A stretch of DNA of 64,000 nt from an uncultured Chloroflexia bacterium (GTDB lineage: Bacteria > Chloroflexota > Limnocylindria > QHBO01). The DNA is taken from the NCBI GenBank assembly GCA_963750025.1, contig CAVVPF010000020.1, positions 58,083 to 122,082 of the forward strand. Reading direction: 5' to 3'. This document shows, one piece after another, positions 45,687-56,110 of this stretch. The position numbers were made by a program, and so were the translations under genes. The notes beneath the pieces are model-generated. The model searched no databases. It had not been told where the DNA came from and saw only the letters and a list, made by a program, of their open reading frames with translations. The stretch's first letter is position 1; the number at the start of each line of letters is the position of its first letter.

Positions 45687-46492
45687 CCGATCGCGCCGCT
45701 CTCCTGCGGTGCATGGTCATCGGGGACATCATCGGCAAGCCGGGCCGGCTGGCCGTGGTGCAGACCCTGCGCGCCGTCCGCGCGGAGCTTGACCTGGACC
45801 TGGTGATCGCCAATGGCGAGAACCTGGCGGCCGGCGCGGGCCTCACGCCCAGCCTGGCCGAGGAGCTGCTGGCCAACGGGGTCGACGTCATCACCAGCGG
45901 CAACCACATCTGGGACAAGCGGGAGATCTACGACTACCTCGATTCGGGTCGCCCTGTCCTGCGCCCGCTCAACTACCCCGACGATGCCCCGGGGCGCGGC
46001 TGGTTGCTTCATGCCCTGCCCGATGGCGACCAGGTAGCGGTCGTCAACGTCATGGGGCGTGTCTTCATGAACCAGCTCGATTCGCCGTTCATTGCGATGG
46101 ATGCGCTGCTGGACGGGGCCGCCGAGCCGTTGCCGCCGCTGCGCATCGTCGACTTCCATTGCGAGATCACCAGCGAGAAGAACGCCATGGGCTGGTATCT
46201 CGACGGGCGCGTGTCTGCGGTGGTCGGCACCCATACCCACGTCCCGACCGCCGACGCCCGATTGCTTCCCAAGGGGACCGCCTACATCAGCGACATCGGC
46301 ATGACCGGGCCTCGAAATTCAGTGATCGGCTTCAGCCTGGAGACGGTGCTGCCGCGATTCCTGACCCATCTGCCGACCCGTTTCGCCGTGGCCGACGGCG
46401 CGGTCAGCTTCAACGCCGTGGTGATCGAGGCCGAACGGGCCACTGGCCGGGCGCGCTCGATCAGCCAGGTGCAGCGGCTGATCGAGGTCTGA
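45683..46492 (+). CDS. ymdB: YmdB-like metallophosphoesterase (TIGR00282)
   Basis: [12 protein letters not shown]...[18 protein letters not shown]...GNHIWDK...; ATGA overlap with rny. Confidence 0.8.
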   Translation: MTDRAALLRCMVIGDIIGKPGRLAVVQTLRAVRAELDLDLVIANGENLAAGAGLTPSLAEELLANGVDVITSGNHIWDKREIYDYLDSGRPVLRPLNYPDDAPGRGWLLHALPDGDQVAVVNVMGRVFMNQLDSPFIAMDALLDGAAEPLPPLRIVDFHCEITSEKNAMGWYLDGRVSAVVGTHTHVPTADARLLPKGTAYISDIGMTGPRNSVIGFSLETVLPRFLTHLPTRFAVADGAVSFNAVVIEAERATGRARSISQVQRLIEV

Positions 46493-46498
46493 GGCCTC

Positions 46499-47431
46499 GT
46501 GGGCCTATCATCGCCGGCACCACTGGCAGCCATCGTCGGCCCGACCGCATCGGGCAAGAGCGACCTTGCCCTCGCGCTGGCGACGCAGATCCCCCTTGAG
46601 ATCCTGGTCGCCGATTCGCGACAGGTGTGCCGCGGCATGGATATCGGTACGGCCAAACCAGACGCGGTGGCACGAGAGACGGTACCGCACCACCTGCTGG
46701 ACCTGGTGGCGCCCGACGAGCGCTTTTCCGTTGCCGATTGGGTGGCGGCGGCGCGGCCGCTGATCGACCGCATCGCTGCACGCGGACACCTGCCCTTGGT
46801 GGTCTGCGGCACGGGACTCTATCTATCGGCGCTGGTCGATGGCTACGACCTCAGCTCGTCGCCGCCAGCGGCCGACCTGCGACGGGAGCTGGGGCGCGAG
46901 ATGGCGGAGCGCGGCATCGGCACCCTGGCCGAGCGGCTGGCAGCCAGCGATCCGACCGCGGCGGCGCGGGTCGACCTGCGCAACCCACGGCGCGTGGTCC
47001 GGGCGCTGGAGCGCGGCGCGCAGCCCACTGGGCCCAACCGGCCATGGCCCGGTCGGCTGGCGATCATCGGCCTGCGTCGACCACTCGAGGTCCTGGACCG
47101 CCGAATCGATACCCGGGCGGCGCGTCTCTTCGCCGACGGCCTCTTCGCTGAAGTGGCCGCGCTCCTCGGCGCCGGGTACACGGCGGACCTTGCCCCAATG
47201 AGCGGTCACGGCTATCGCGAGGCGGCACGCGTGCTGGCGGGGGAGTCGAGCCTGGAAGACGCCATCGAGACCACCGCCCGGCGCACGAGACAGTACGCCC
47301 GGCGTCAGCGCACGTGGTTCAAGCGCGATGGCCGGGTCTCCTGGATCGACGCCGGCGACCTACCGGCCAATCACCCCGACATCGTCGATCAGGCGCGCGC
47401 AGTACTGCGCGCGGCCCGCCTCTGCGCCTAG
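46499..47431 (+). CDS. miaA: tRNA dimethylallyltransferase
   Basis: GTG start; AIVGPTASGKSDLALALA...ILVADSRQVCRGMDIGTAKP. Confidence 0.85.
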   Translation: MGLSSPAPLAAIVGPTASGKSDLALALATQIPLEILVADSRQVCRGMDIGTAKPDAVARETVPHHLLDLVAPDERFSVADWVAAARPLIDRIAARGHLPLVVCGTGLYLSALVDGYDLSSSPPAADLRRELGREMAERGIGTLAERLAASDPTAAARVDLRNPRRVVRALERGAQPTGPNRPWPGRLAIIGLRRPLEVLDRRIDTRAARLFADGLFAEVAALLGAGYTADLAPMSGHGYREAARVLAGESSLEDAIETTARRTRQYARRQRTWFKRDGRVSWIDAGDLPANHPDIVDQARAVLRAARLCA

Positions 47432-49098
47432 TGACCGTTCAGAATTGGGCTCCCGGGTAGGCCGAGCGACTGCCGCCAGCTGAGCATGTCTTCGCCGACC
47501 GCCCTGGCGGCCGCCTGAAGATCGGGGATCGCCGCGACCTGTGGGCTCTCGCCGGCGGCCGACTCGGGCAGCGGCCCCGGCCGCCCGAGCAGGTAGCCCT
47601 GCGCGGCTGGCACGCCCAGCGCCACCAATTGGTCGATCTGGTCGGCATCTTCCACGCCCTCGCCCACCACCAGCGCGCCGGTCCGGGCGGCGAAGGCGAC
47701 GATCGACTCGACCACCGCGCTGGCGCGGCCGCCCGCGGCGGTGCGGTGCACCAGGCCAAGGTCCACCTTGACCAGATCGAAGCGCAGGTCCGTCAGCAGA
47801 CGCAGGCCCGCGTTGCCGGCACCCAGGTGATCGGCGGCCAGCCTGATGCCGGCTCGACGGAAGGTATCCAGCTTGACGAGCACTCGTTCAACGTCGCCGA
47901 TTGGCTGGCGCTCGGTCAGCTCGATCACCAGGCGTCCGGGTGCCAGGCCATGGCGCGCGAGGATGGTGAGCAGGGCGGCGGTGCTGAACTCTGCCGCTTC
48001 AAGTGTCCGCGGGGAGAGGTTGATGCTCAGGAACGCCTGCTCGGGCAGGCGGCCCGCGCCGGCCACGATCGTCTCCACGCACGCGAAATCGAGTGCAATC
48101 AGCTGTCCACCAGCCTCGGCGGCGGCAAACAGGGCGGCTGGGTCGGAGAATGGCGATGGGGCCATGGGCCTGATCAGCCCCTCCCAGCCGAGCACTGTGC
48201 CGGTCGCGAGTTCGATGATCGGCTGGTAGGCGGCGGTCAGCCGACCGCGCGCAATGAGCTCCGCGACCGCGTCACCAGAACCAACCAGGCCGGTCTCGGT
48301 CGCTGCTTCCGGATTGAACACCAGGGCGTCGGTCCGCCCGGCGCGCTTGGCGGCATGCAACGCCGCTTCGGCCTGCGCGTGCAGTCGCACGTGGGAGCTC
48401 GCCAGGGCCGGCAGCGATGAGATCCCGGCCGAAAACGAAACGGTGGTGGTCTCCTTGACGCTGGGGTTCGATTCCAGCGCGGCGATGAGCAGCCGGCGGG
48501 CGAGGACCAGCGCACCGTCGGCATCGGTATGAGGCAGGATGAGGGCGAATTCATCTCCGCCGGTGCGGAAGCAGCGATCAGCGACACGAGCCGCTGCGTT
48601 GACAAGCCTCGCGAATCCCGACAGAACCCGGTCGCCGTCCGCGTGTCCACGTTGATCATTGATCTGCGCGAATTCGTCGAGATCGATGAGCACCAACGCC
48701 AGCGGCACACCATGGCGCTGCGCCTGGCTGACCTCGCGTTGCAGCTCCTCGTGAAAGGCCCGGTGATTGCCCAGCCCGGTCAGGGGATCACGCAGTGCGT
48801 CAACCTTCGCCATCGCGTGCCGCACGCCAAGGTCATCGCGAGTCCTGTTCGACGGGTGCAGCAGGAAGCTTTCAACCGCCACGCCGACCAGGAGTCCGGC
48901 ACTCAGCGCACTGACCATCGCGCGAGGAATGGCGCCGGGAATGACGTCGCTCAGCCACGCGAACGCGGCCACGCCGGTCGTCGCGCTGAGCGTGGCGCCC
49001 GCCACCAGGCGGATGACGAATCCCAGGCGGGCACCGATCGCCGACCTATCGCCTGCCTTCGCATCGCCGTTCGCCACCATCGGCTGGTCGGTCATCAA
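47428..49098 (-). CDS. membrane-anchored GGDEF/EAL (diguanylate cyclase/phosphodiesterase) protein
   Basis: N-terminal hydrophobic helices; GGDEF (RTGGDEFALIL) and EAL (ELTERQ...) motifs; intact 556 aa. Confidence 0.8.
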   Translation of the reverse strand: MMTDQPMVANGDAKAGDRSAIGARLGFVIRLVAGATLSATTGVAAFAWLSDVIPGAIPRAMVSALSAGLLVGVAVESFLLHPSNRTRDDLGVRHAMAKVDALRDPLTGLGNHRAFHEELQREVSQAQRHGVPLALVLIDLDEFAQINDQRGHADGDRVLSGFARLVNAAARVADRCFRTGGDEFALILPHTDADGALVLARRLLIAALESNPSVKETTTVSFSAGISSLPALASSHVRLHAQAEAALHAAKRAGRTDALVFNPEAATETGLVGSGDAVAELIARGRLTAAYQPIIELATGTVLGWEGLIRPMAPSPFSDPAALFAAAEAGGQLIALDFACVETIVAGAGRLPEQAFLSINLSPRTLEAAEFSTAALLTILARHGLAPGRLVIELTERQPIGDVERVLVKLDTFRRAGIRLAADHLGAGNAGLRLLTDLRFDLVKVDLGLVHRTAAGGRASAVVESIVAFAARTGALVVGEGVEDADQIDQLVALGVPAAQGYLLGRPGPLPESAAGESPQVAAIPDLQAAARAVGEDMLSWRQSLGLPGSPILNGH

Positions 49099-49228
49099 TC
49101 CTCTGTATTCCGCGTCTACGACAGATATGCCAGATCACCGAGCGCACGGCTGTAGCCCAGAAGTACCGACGTTCACCGCTGGCCGCGCTGACCGGCACGC
49201 CGGCCGAATTGGGCTAGGATGACGTGGC

Positions 49229-50521
49229 ATGCCTGACCGCACCCCGATGATCGACCTGACCGCACCGTTCGAACGGGCGTTTCTCATCGGCGTTGACGGG
49301 CCGGACTCCGCGCATTGGCCGATCGAACGCAGCCTTGCTGAGCTGGCTGCCTTGGCCAAGACGGCCGGAGCCACGGTGGTGGGAAGCGCCTCGCAGCGAC
49401 GCAGCGCGCCTGACCCGGTCTGGTACCTCGGCAAGGGCCGCGCCGCCGACCTGGTCGACGAGAAGGCGGCCACCGATTTCAATCTGCTGATCGTCGACGA
49501 CGAGCTTCGCCCCAACCAGCAGCGCAGCCTGGAGAAGCTGCTCGACTGCAAGGTGCTCGATCGGTCAGCCCTGATCATTGACATCTTCGCCCGCCATGCC
49601 AGCACCCGTGAGGGTCGCCTGCAGGTGGAGTTGGCGGCCCTCGAATATCACCTACCACGGCTGACGCGTCTGTGGACTCACCTGTCGCGGACCGGCGGCG
49701 GCATCGGCACACGCGGACCCGGCGAGAGCCAGCTGGAGACCGACCGACGCCTGATCCGACTGCGCATTAAGAAGGTGCGCAGCGAGCTCGAAGAGGTGAA
49801 GCGCCAGCGTGCCACGGCCGCTCAGCATCGAGAGCAGGCCCAGGTGGCCAACGTTGCGCTTGTCGGCTACACCAACGCGGGGAAGAGCACGCTGCTCAAC
49901 GCGCTCGCGGAGGCGAACGTGTTCGTGGCAGACCACCTGTTCGCCACGCTCGACCCGACCAGCCGCCAGGTCACCCTGCCGAGCGGCCAACGGGTGGTCA
50001 TGACCGACACCGTTGGGTTCATCAACAAGCTTCCACACGATCTCGTGGACGCGTTCCAGGCGACGCTCGAAGAAGCGCGGCGGGCCGACCTGCTGATCGA
50101 GGTGGTGGATGCATCCGACCCCGATTTCGTGGCGCAACAGGCGGCCGTGCAGACCGTCCTCGAGCAGCTCGGCGTCGGCCAGAAGCCGCGCATCATCGTC
50201 TACAACAAGCTCGACCGGCTCGATGCCGACCTGCGGGCCACCGCTCAGCTGACCACCGACCACGTGGCATTCATCAGTGCGCTGACGGGCGAGGGGCTCG
50301 CAGGCCTGCTCGACCAGGTTGCCGGGGTGCTCCGCAGCCAGATGGTGCCGATCGATGCGGTGGTCCCATACGCCCGCGGTGAGCTGGTGGCGCGCGCGCG
50401 GGCCGCCGGCGACGTGGCCGAACAATTCACCGAGAGCGGCGTGCGGCTCTCTGGGCACCTGCCGCAGGCCATCGCCGCCGAGGTGAGCGCTGCTGCACCG
50501 CTGCGGCGCCGCTCCAACTAA
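49229..50521 (+). CDS. hflX: GTPase HflX
   Basis: VALVGYTNAGKSTLLNAL...DTVGFI...; intact. Confidence 0.85.
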   Translation: MPDRTPMIDLTAPFERAFLIGVDGPDSAHWPIERSLAELAALAKTAGATVVGSASQRRSAPDPVWYLGKGRAADLVDEKAATDFNLLIVDDELRPNQQRSLEKLLDCKVLDRSALIIDIFARHASTREGRLQVELAALEYHLPRLTRLWTHLSRTGGGIGTRGPGESQLETDRRLIRLRIKKVRSELEEVKRQRATAAQHREQAQVANVALVGYTNAGKSTLLNALAEANVFVADHLFATLDPTSRQVTLPSGQRVVMTDTVGFINKLPHDLVDAFQATLEEARRADLLIEVVDASDPDFVAQQAAVQTVLEQLGVGQKPRIIVYNKLDRLDADLRATAQLTTDHVAFISALTGEGLAGLLDQVAGVLRSQMVPIDAVVPYARGELVARARAAGDVAEQFTESGVRLSGHLPQAIAAEVSAAAPLRRRSN

Positions 50522-50531
50522 GCTCGCAGCC

Positions 50532-51476
50532 ATGGTCCTCGTGACCCGCCGCCCTCATGCGCGGCGCCCACCGCAGCATTCCCGCCGCCTTTCCCGTGAC
50601 GTGCCACAGTTCGTCTCGGAGCCACTGAGCGAGCGCATCGGTTCACCGGTGGTGGTCAAGGCGGCCACCACGGCCAACCCGATCGGCTGCTTCAAGGGTT
50701 GCGGCACGTGGCTGGCGGTGGCCAACCTGGCAGGCGAGGTAGGGGAGCGGCAGGGCGTGATCGTGGCCTCAGCCGGCAACTTCGGCCTGGGAGTGGCCTA
50801 TGCCTGCCGCGCGCTCGGCGTACCGGCCGTGGTCGTCATGGCGGCCACCACGGCCAACCCCGCCATGGTCGACGCGATGCGCCGCCTCGGTGCTGAGGTA
50901 CGGTTGGCGGGGGAGGACTTTGACGTGGCACGCGCCGCCGCCGCCGCTCTGGCCCTCCAGACCGGGCAGCAGTTGCTGGTCGATGGCCAGGACCCATGGA
51001 TGGCCATAGGGGCTGGCACGATCGCGCTGGAGCTCACCGACGGGATCGAGCGAGACGAGCTCCCTGCGCTTTCCGCGATCTATGTTCCGGTCGGCAACGG
51101 GTCGCTGATCGCCGGCATCGGCACCTGGATGCGGCACGCAGCGCCATTCACCAAAGTCATTGGTGCACAGGCCGCACGCGCTCCCGCCATGACCCTCTCG
51201 TGGAGGGCCGGTCGCGCGATAGAGACCGAGCGAGCTGACACGGTTGCAGATGGGATCGCGGCGCGGGTACCGGTGGCTGAGGCGCTCGAGCTCATGTCAG
51301 TATTGAGCCTGCGGCGGGGGCAGGCTGGGCGGCGATCAGGCAGGCCGCGCCACACGCTGGCGCCATCCGCCTTGTGCTGACCGGCAGGAATGTGGCCCCC
51401 TGGGGCCGGCCTCGGATACGCGCGTCGGAAACCTGCGTCCGGTTAGAAGACGCGGTGTCCCATCACGGTCTTCGGT
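50532..51476 (+). CDS. PLP-dependent fold-type II enzyme (threonine/serine dehydratase family), apparent C-terminal frameshift near 51300; start uncertain
   Basis: VIVASAGNFGLGVAYACRALGVPAVVVM...AIGAGTIALEL...IYVPVGNGSLIAGIGT; C-terminus (EPAAGAGWAAIRQAAPHAGAIRLVLTGRNVA) in another frame; contains a 22-bp direct repeat. Confidence 0.55.
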
Positions 51477-51694
51477 AGGGGCTGTGACTGGCCTCGCGGC
51501 GCACCGATGGCATGCCAGATCCGGGTCCGGACCGCAAGCCCAACGCCCAGGAACAGCGCGGCACCAATGACGAGGACGCCGTAGCCGGCCGCCAGCGCGC
51601 CGATATCGCTGCCGACGGATGATCCGCCAGCCAGCATGGTCACGCCAACGCCGAGACCACCGAACATCAGGCGCCACAGCGATACAGTTCTCAT
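51443..51694 (-). CDS. hypothetical small membrane protein (about 83 aa, 2 TM)
   Basis: MRTVSLWRLMFGGLGVGVTMLAGG...GVLVIGAALFLGVGLAV; weak, overlaps PLP-enzyme 3' end. Confidence 0.3.
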   Translation of the reverse strand: MRTVSLWRLMFGGLGVGVTMLAGGSSVGSDIGALAAGYGVLVIGAALFLGVGLAVRTRIWHAIGAPRGQSQPLPKTVMGHRVF

Positions 51695-51837
51695 GGAGGC
51701 ACCGTACGGTCTGCGCCGGCTTCGTCCCATCCATCGGTCGGGTGGCACGGGCCAGCCATTGGTCCCGTATAGAGCTTCCGCAAATACATGTTATGTGATC
51801 CTGCGCCTGCGGGATGACAGATGCCGAGCACGAGATT

Positions 51838-52848
51838 CTAAGATGCGCCGGGATCCGATCCGCCGAGCGACTCCTGAAGGGTGTTTGGGGCGCTGTGGAC
51901 CGCCGGGATGCTTCCAAGGCGGCCAGCCTGGTAGTCGGCAAACGCCTGGAGCACCTCCTCGCGCGTGTTCATCACGAACGGGCCCATCCAAGCCACCGGC
52001 TCGCGAATGGGGCGCCCACCGAGGATGACGACCTCCAGGTTCGGGCTGCGGCTCTCCTGGGGCCCGCTGGCCGCCAAGGTGATCGCGTTCCCGGGCCCGA
52101 AGACCGTGAGCTGGCCGGCCTGCACCGGCCAGCCTTCGGCGCCGACGCTGCCGTGCCCGGCAAGGACGTAGACCAGCGCGTTGTAGTCGGCGCGCCAGGG
52201 CAGCGAGAGGTGCGCCTCGGGGCTGAGGGTGGCGTGGATCATGGTCATGGGCGTGTAGGTCGACCCCGGGCCAGCGTGGCCGGCGACCTCCCCGGCGATC
52301 ACGCGCACGAGCGCTCCCCCATCGGGGGAGGCCAGCAGGCCGACCTGGCCGGCGCGGATGTCCTGGTAGCGCGGCGGCGACCACTTCTGGGCGCTCGGCA
52401 GGTTGACCCACAGTTGCAGCCCGTGGAACAGGCCGCCGCTGACGACGAGCGCCTCCGGCGGCTTCTCTATGTGCAGGATCCCTGCCCCGGCGGTCATCCA
52501 CTGGGTGTCGCCGTTCGTGATCACTCCCCCACCCCCGTTCGAATCACTGTGTTCGAAGGTGCCGTCGATCATGTAGGTGACCGTTTCGAATCCTCGGTGT
52601 GGGTGCCACGGCGTGCCTTTGGGCTCACCGGGCGCGTACTCCACCTCGCCCATCTGGTCGAGGTGGATGAACGGGTCGAGGTCGGCCAGGTCCGCCCCTG
52701 CGAAGGCGCGCCGGACCGGGAATCCCTCTCCTTCAAAGCCGCGGGGCGCCGTCGTCACACCCTTCACCGGGCGGATGCGCGCGAGGACAGGGTCGGGTTC
52801 GGGGATGCGCGGTAGAACGGTGATATCGGCGACGGTGATGGCGGGCAT
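51838..52848 (-). CDS. pirin family protein
   Basis: ...PWHPHRGFETVTYMIDGTFEHSDSNG...; start 52848 or 52884. Confidence 0.8.
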   Translation of the reverse strand: MPAITVADITVLPRIPEPDPVLARIRPVKGVTTAPRGFEGEGFPVRRAFAGADLADLDPFIHLDQMGEVEYAPGEPKGTPWHPHRGFETVTYMIDGTFEHSDSNGGGGVITNGDTQWMTAGAGILHIEKPPEALVVSGGLFHGLQLWVNLPSAQKWSPPRYQDIRAGQVGLLASPDGGALVRVIAGEVAGHAGPGSTYTPMTMIHATLSPEAHLSLPWRADYNALVYVLAGHGSVGAEGWPVQAGQLTVFGPGNAITLAASGPQESRSPNLEVVILGGRPIREPVAWMGPFVMNTREEVLQAFADYQAGRLGSIPAVHSAPNTLQESLGGSDPGAS

Positions 52849-52997
52849 GGGCAGATCATGCCACATCGATGATTGCATAGGCAACTACCTACCGGGCATG
52901 GCGAGCGGACACAGCTGCCTGACCATTCGATCCAGCAACGCGCAAGAAGGGAGCTTCGGCTCTAGGCGGCGCGGCGTCGGCTGCGTTTCATGGCTCT

Positions 52998-54263
52998 ATG
53001 AAGCGCCGCATCGCAGTCATGCTCGTCGCCACCGCCGTGCTGTCGACCGCGTGCGCCACTGGAGACGGCATCGAGCTCGCGAAGGCTGAGCTGCCACGGG
53101 CTTCGGCATCGGCCCAGGACGCGAGCGCCGCGGCCGCGGCGCTCAACGCCTTCGGCCTGGACCTGTACCGCGCCCTGGCCACGGCCGAGGGGAATATCGT
53201 CGTCTCTCCGGCGAGCATCGCGCTCGCCCTGGCGATGGCGCGCGCCGGGGCCCGCGGGGCGACCGCCGATGAGATGGATGCGGTGCTGTACCACGTCGCC
53301 AGCGATGCCAATGCCGGGTGGCTGAACGCACTCGATCAGGCGCTTGCCGGCCGCAGCGGAACCTTCAAGGACGAGGGCGGCGACAACCACGACCTCACCC
53401 TGCGGATCGTGAATTCAACCTTCGGACAGCGCGGCATGGAGCTCGAGACCGCCTTCCTGGAAGCACTGGCGACAAGGTTCGGTGCAGGGGTCCGGCTCGT
53501 CCACTACGTGACCGAGACGGAGGCTGCGCGCCGCCTGATCAACGGCTGGGTGGACGACCAGACCGAGCACCGCATCCCTGAGCTTCTCGTACCGGGCATC
53601 ATCACGCCCGCCACGCGGCTGACGCTCGTCAACGCGATCTATCTCAAGGCCCCGTGGCAGACCCCGTTCCCCCCGACCGCTACAAAGCCTGGCGCCTTCA
53701 CCCTGGCTGACGGCTCGGCGATCGAGGTCCCGATGATGGCGACGACCACCTCGCTCCCCTACGCGGCCGGGGACGGGTGGCGGGCGGTCGAGCTGCCGTA
53801 CATCGGCGGCTCGCTGGTCCTCACCGTCATCGTGCCGGACGACCTTGCCGTTTTCGAGGCCGCGTCGACCGCCAAGCAGCTGGCAGGAATCGTCGCCGAC
53901 CTGCGCGAGTACAACGTCACGCTGGGCTTTCCGAAGTTCGGGATCGAGACCAAGGCAATGCTTGCCGACATCCTGGCAGCCCTTGGGATGCCCAGCGCTT
54001 TCGACCCCGGCCGCGCTGACTTCTCCGGGATCACGGCCGAGGAGGCGCTGTTCATCTCCGAGGTCGTGCACCAGGCGAACATCGACGTCGACGAGAAGGG
54101 CACCGAGGCCGCCGCCGCAACCGCCGTCGTGATGCGGGGCGACGCTTCTCCGCAACGCGTGGCGCTGCAGGTCGACCGCCCCTTCCTGTTCGCGCTGCGG
54201 GACGTTCCGACCGGCGCAGTGCTTTTCCTGGGTCGCATGTCTGACCCGTCAGTCGGGTACTGA
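52998..54263 (+). CDS. serpin family protease inhibitor, predicted lipoprotein
   Basis: lipobox LSTAC; NIVVSPASIALALAMARAGARGATADEM...VNAIYLKAPWQTPF...EKGTEAAAATAV...; intact 421 aa. Confidence 0.8.
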   Translation: MKRRIAVMLVATAVLSTACATGDGIELAKAELPRASASAQDASAAAAALNAFGLDLYRALATAEGNIVVSPASIALALAMARAGARGATADEMDAVLYHVASDANAGWLNALDQALAGRSGTFKDEGGDNHDLTLRIVNSTFGQRGMELETAFLEALATRFGAGVRLVHYVTETEAARRLINGWVDDQTEHRIPELLVPGIITPATRLTLVNAIYLKAPWQTPFPPTATKPGAFTLADGSAIEVPMMATTTSLPYAAGDGWRAVELPYIGGSLVLTVIVPDDLAVFEAASTAKQLAGIVADLREYNVTLGFPKFGIETKAMLADILAALGMPSAFDPGRADFSGITAEEALFISEVVHQANIDVDEKGTEAAAATAVVMRGDASPQRVALQVDRPFLFALRDVPTGAVLFLGRMSDPSVGY

Positions 54264-54295
54264 GCCGAACCAGAGCGCAAACGTCAGTCGGGCCG

Positions 54296-54670
54296 TCAGC
54301 GCTCGGCCTGGACCCCTAACGTCACCGCGGCAGCAACCACCGCCACGGCCAACGCGACCGCGTCGGGCGCGGTGAGCGCCGCATCGGCTGCGAAGGACTG
54401 GGTGGCGGCCGACGGGATTGCCTTCAGCAGCGGCGGTACCACGATCCAGCCGAGCACCAGGACGGTGGGTGCCATCGCACCCGGCAGGCGCATCGCGCGG
54501 ACCATCACCGCGGTCAGAAGGCCCAGGAATGCCGCAAGCAGCAGGATCAGCACGACCGCCGGCTGATCCTTGGCCCCGGAGGCCTCGACCAGCCTGACAA
54601 GTCCCTGCTCCACGACCGCCACGCCCAGGGCGAGAACCGCGGCGAGGATGGCGCTGCGGGCGCCGCTCAT
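54296..54670 (-). CDS. hypothetical small membrane protein (124 aa)
   Basis: hydrophobic segments; start overlaps murC stop. Confidence 0.4.
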   Translation of the reverse strand: MSGARSAILAAVLALGVAVVEQGLVRLVEASGAKDQPAVVLILLLAAFLGLLTAVMVRAMRLPGAMAPTVLVLGWIVVPPLLKAIPSAATQSFAADAALTAPDAVALAVAVVAAAVTLGVQAER

Positions 54671-56100
54671 CGGTCGCCAAGGCTACGGGTCTGGCTCAGC
54701 ACGCCGGCCTCGAGCGCGGCAGCCAGCCCCCGGGCGATGCGGTACGACTTCCCGGCGCCCATGACCAGCACCGCGTCACCGGGACGCAGATGCTCAGCGA
54801 CGTAGGTGGTCACCTGGTCGACGTCCCCTCCCGCCATGGTCGGCACGGCCGAGATGCGCTCGATGGCATCGGCCAGCTGCTCGGCGGAGGTGGCACGCAG
54901 CGCCTCATCGGTGTCACGGGAGGCAAAGATGTCGGCGATGACGACCTCATCGGCATCGACGAAGCTACGGGCGAACTCGTCGAGGAAGAGCGCCGTGCGG
55001 GAGTACATGTGCGGCTCGAAGACCGCCCACAGCCGCCGGTCCCCCACCTTCTGCCGCATGGCGGCCAGCGTGGCGCGCACCTCGGTCGGATGGTGCCCGT
55101 AGTCGTCGTAGACGATCACCCCGGCAGTATCGGCGATCAGCTCCATCCGTCGCCCCGCCCCGCGGAAGGTGCGAAGGCCGTCAGCCAGCACCTCGAGCGA
55201 CGCGCCGAGCTCACGGGCCATGGTCAGGGCGGCCGTCGCGTTCAGGACGTTGTGCTCCCCCGCGAGTGACGATTCGAACGCCTGTTCGAACAGGTCGAAG
55301 GTCGCTCCCCCGTCGCGGTACGCCACGTTGCGCGCCTCGATCTCGCCGCCGGGCCCATACCGCAGCACGCGCCCCCGCCAGCCTCTCAGCCGCGCCAGCA
55401 GCGCCTGGGCCCCATCATCGGCCGCGGTCGTCAGCAGCAGCCTTCCGCCGAGGCGCGGATCCTCCCCCATCCCCCGCACGAAGCGCTCCATCGAGGCCAG
55501 GACGGCGTCCCTGTCGGCGAAATAGTCTGGGTGGTCCATCTCCACGTTGGTGACGATCGCGCCGGCGGGATGGTAATTGAGGAAGTTGTCGCCGAACTCG
55601 TCCGCCTCGACCAGGAAGGGTGCTCCTCCGCCAGCACGGACGGTGGCACCCCAGGCCGGGATGAAGGCCCCTACTTCGACCGTTGGATCCATGCCCGCGA
55701 CCTCCAGCAGGTGGCCGAGCAACGCGGTGGTGGTCGACTTGCCGTGCGTGCCTGTGACGGCCAGACCGATGCGGCCTTCGGCCGACATCAGCTCCCCCAG
55801 CAGGGCCTGCCAGGTGACCACGGGGAGGCCGGCAGCCTGCGCCGCGGTGAGTTCGGGCAGAGCCGGATCGGCGCGCAGCGCGGGCGTGATCGCCACACGT
55901 TCCACCCCGGCCAGGTGCGCCGGGTCGTGCCCGGCGATGACCCGGATTCCCGCTGCATCCAGCGGCGAGGTGTAGGGCGAAGGCGTGTCCGCGTCACATC
56001 CGTCGATCAGTACTCCCGCATGGTGGAGCAGGAGCGCGACGCCCGCGGCACCCGAGCCCGCGATGCCGATCAGGTGGATTCGCTCGCCGGGCCGCACCAC
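54667..56100 (-). CDS. murC: UDP-N-acetylmuramate--L-alanine ligase (MurC; Mpl-type not excluded)
   Basis: HLIGIAGSGAAG...AVTGTHGKSTTTALL...NVEMDHPDYF...DDYGHHPTE. Confidence 0.7.
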   Translation of the reverse strand: MVRPGERIHLIGIAGSGAAGVALLLHHAGVLIDGCDADTPSPYTSPLDAAGIRVIAGHDPAHLAGVERVAITPALRADPALPELTAAQAAGLPVVTWQALLGELMSAEGRIGLAVTGTHGKSTTTALLGHLLEVAGMDPTVEVGAFIPAWGATVRAGGGAPFLVEADEFGDNFLNYHPAGAIVTNVEMDHPDYFADRDAVLASMERFVRGMGEDPRLGGRLLLTTAADDGAQALLARLRGWRGRVLRYGPGGEIEARNVAYRDGGATFDLFEQAFESSLAGEHNVLNATAALTMARELGASLEVLADGLRTFRGAGRRMELIADTAGVIVYDDYGHHPTEVRATLAAMRQKVGDRRLWAVFEPHMYSRTALFLDEFARSFVDADEVVIADIFASRDTDEALRATSAEQLADAIERISAVPTMAGGDVDQVTTYVAEHLRPGDAVLVMGAGKSYRIARGLAAALEAGVLSQTRSLGDR

Positions 56101-56110
56101 GATGTGGCGC

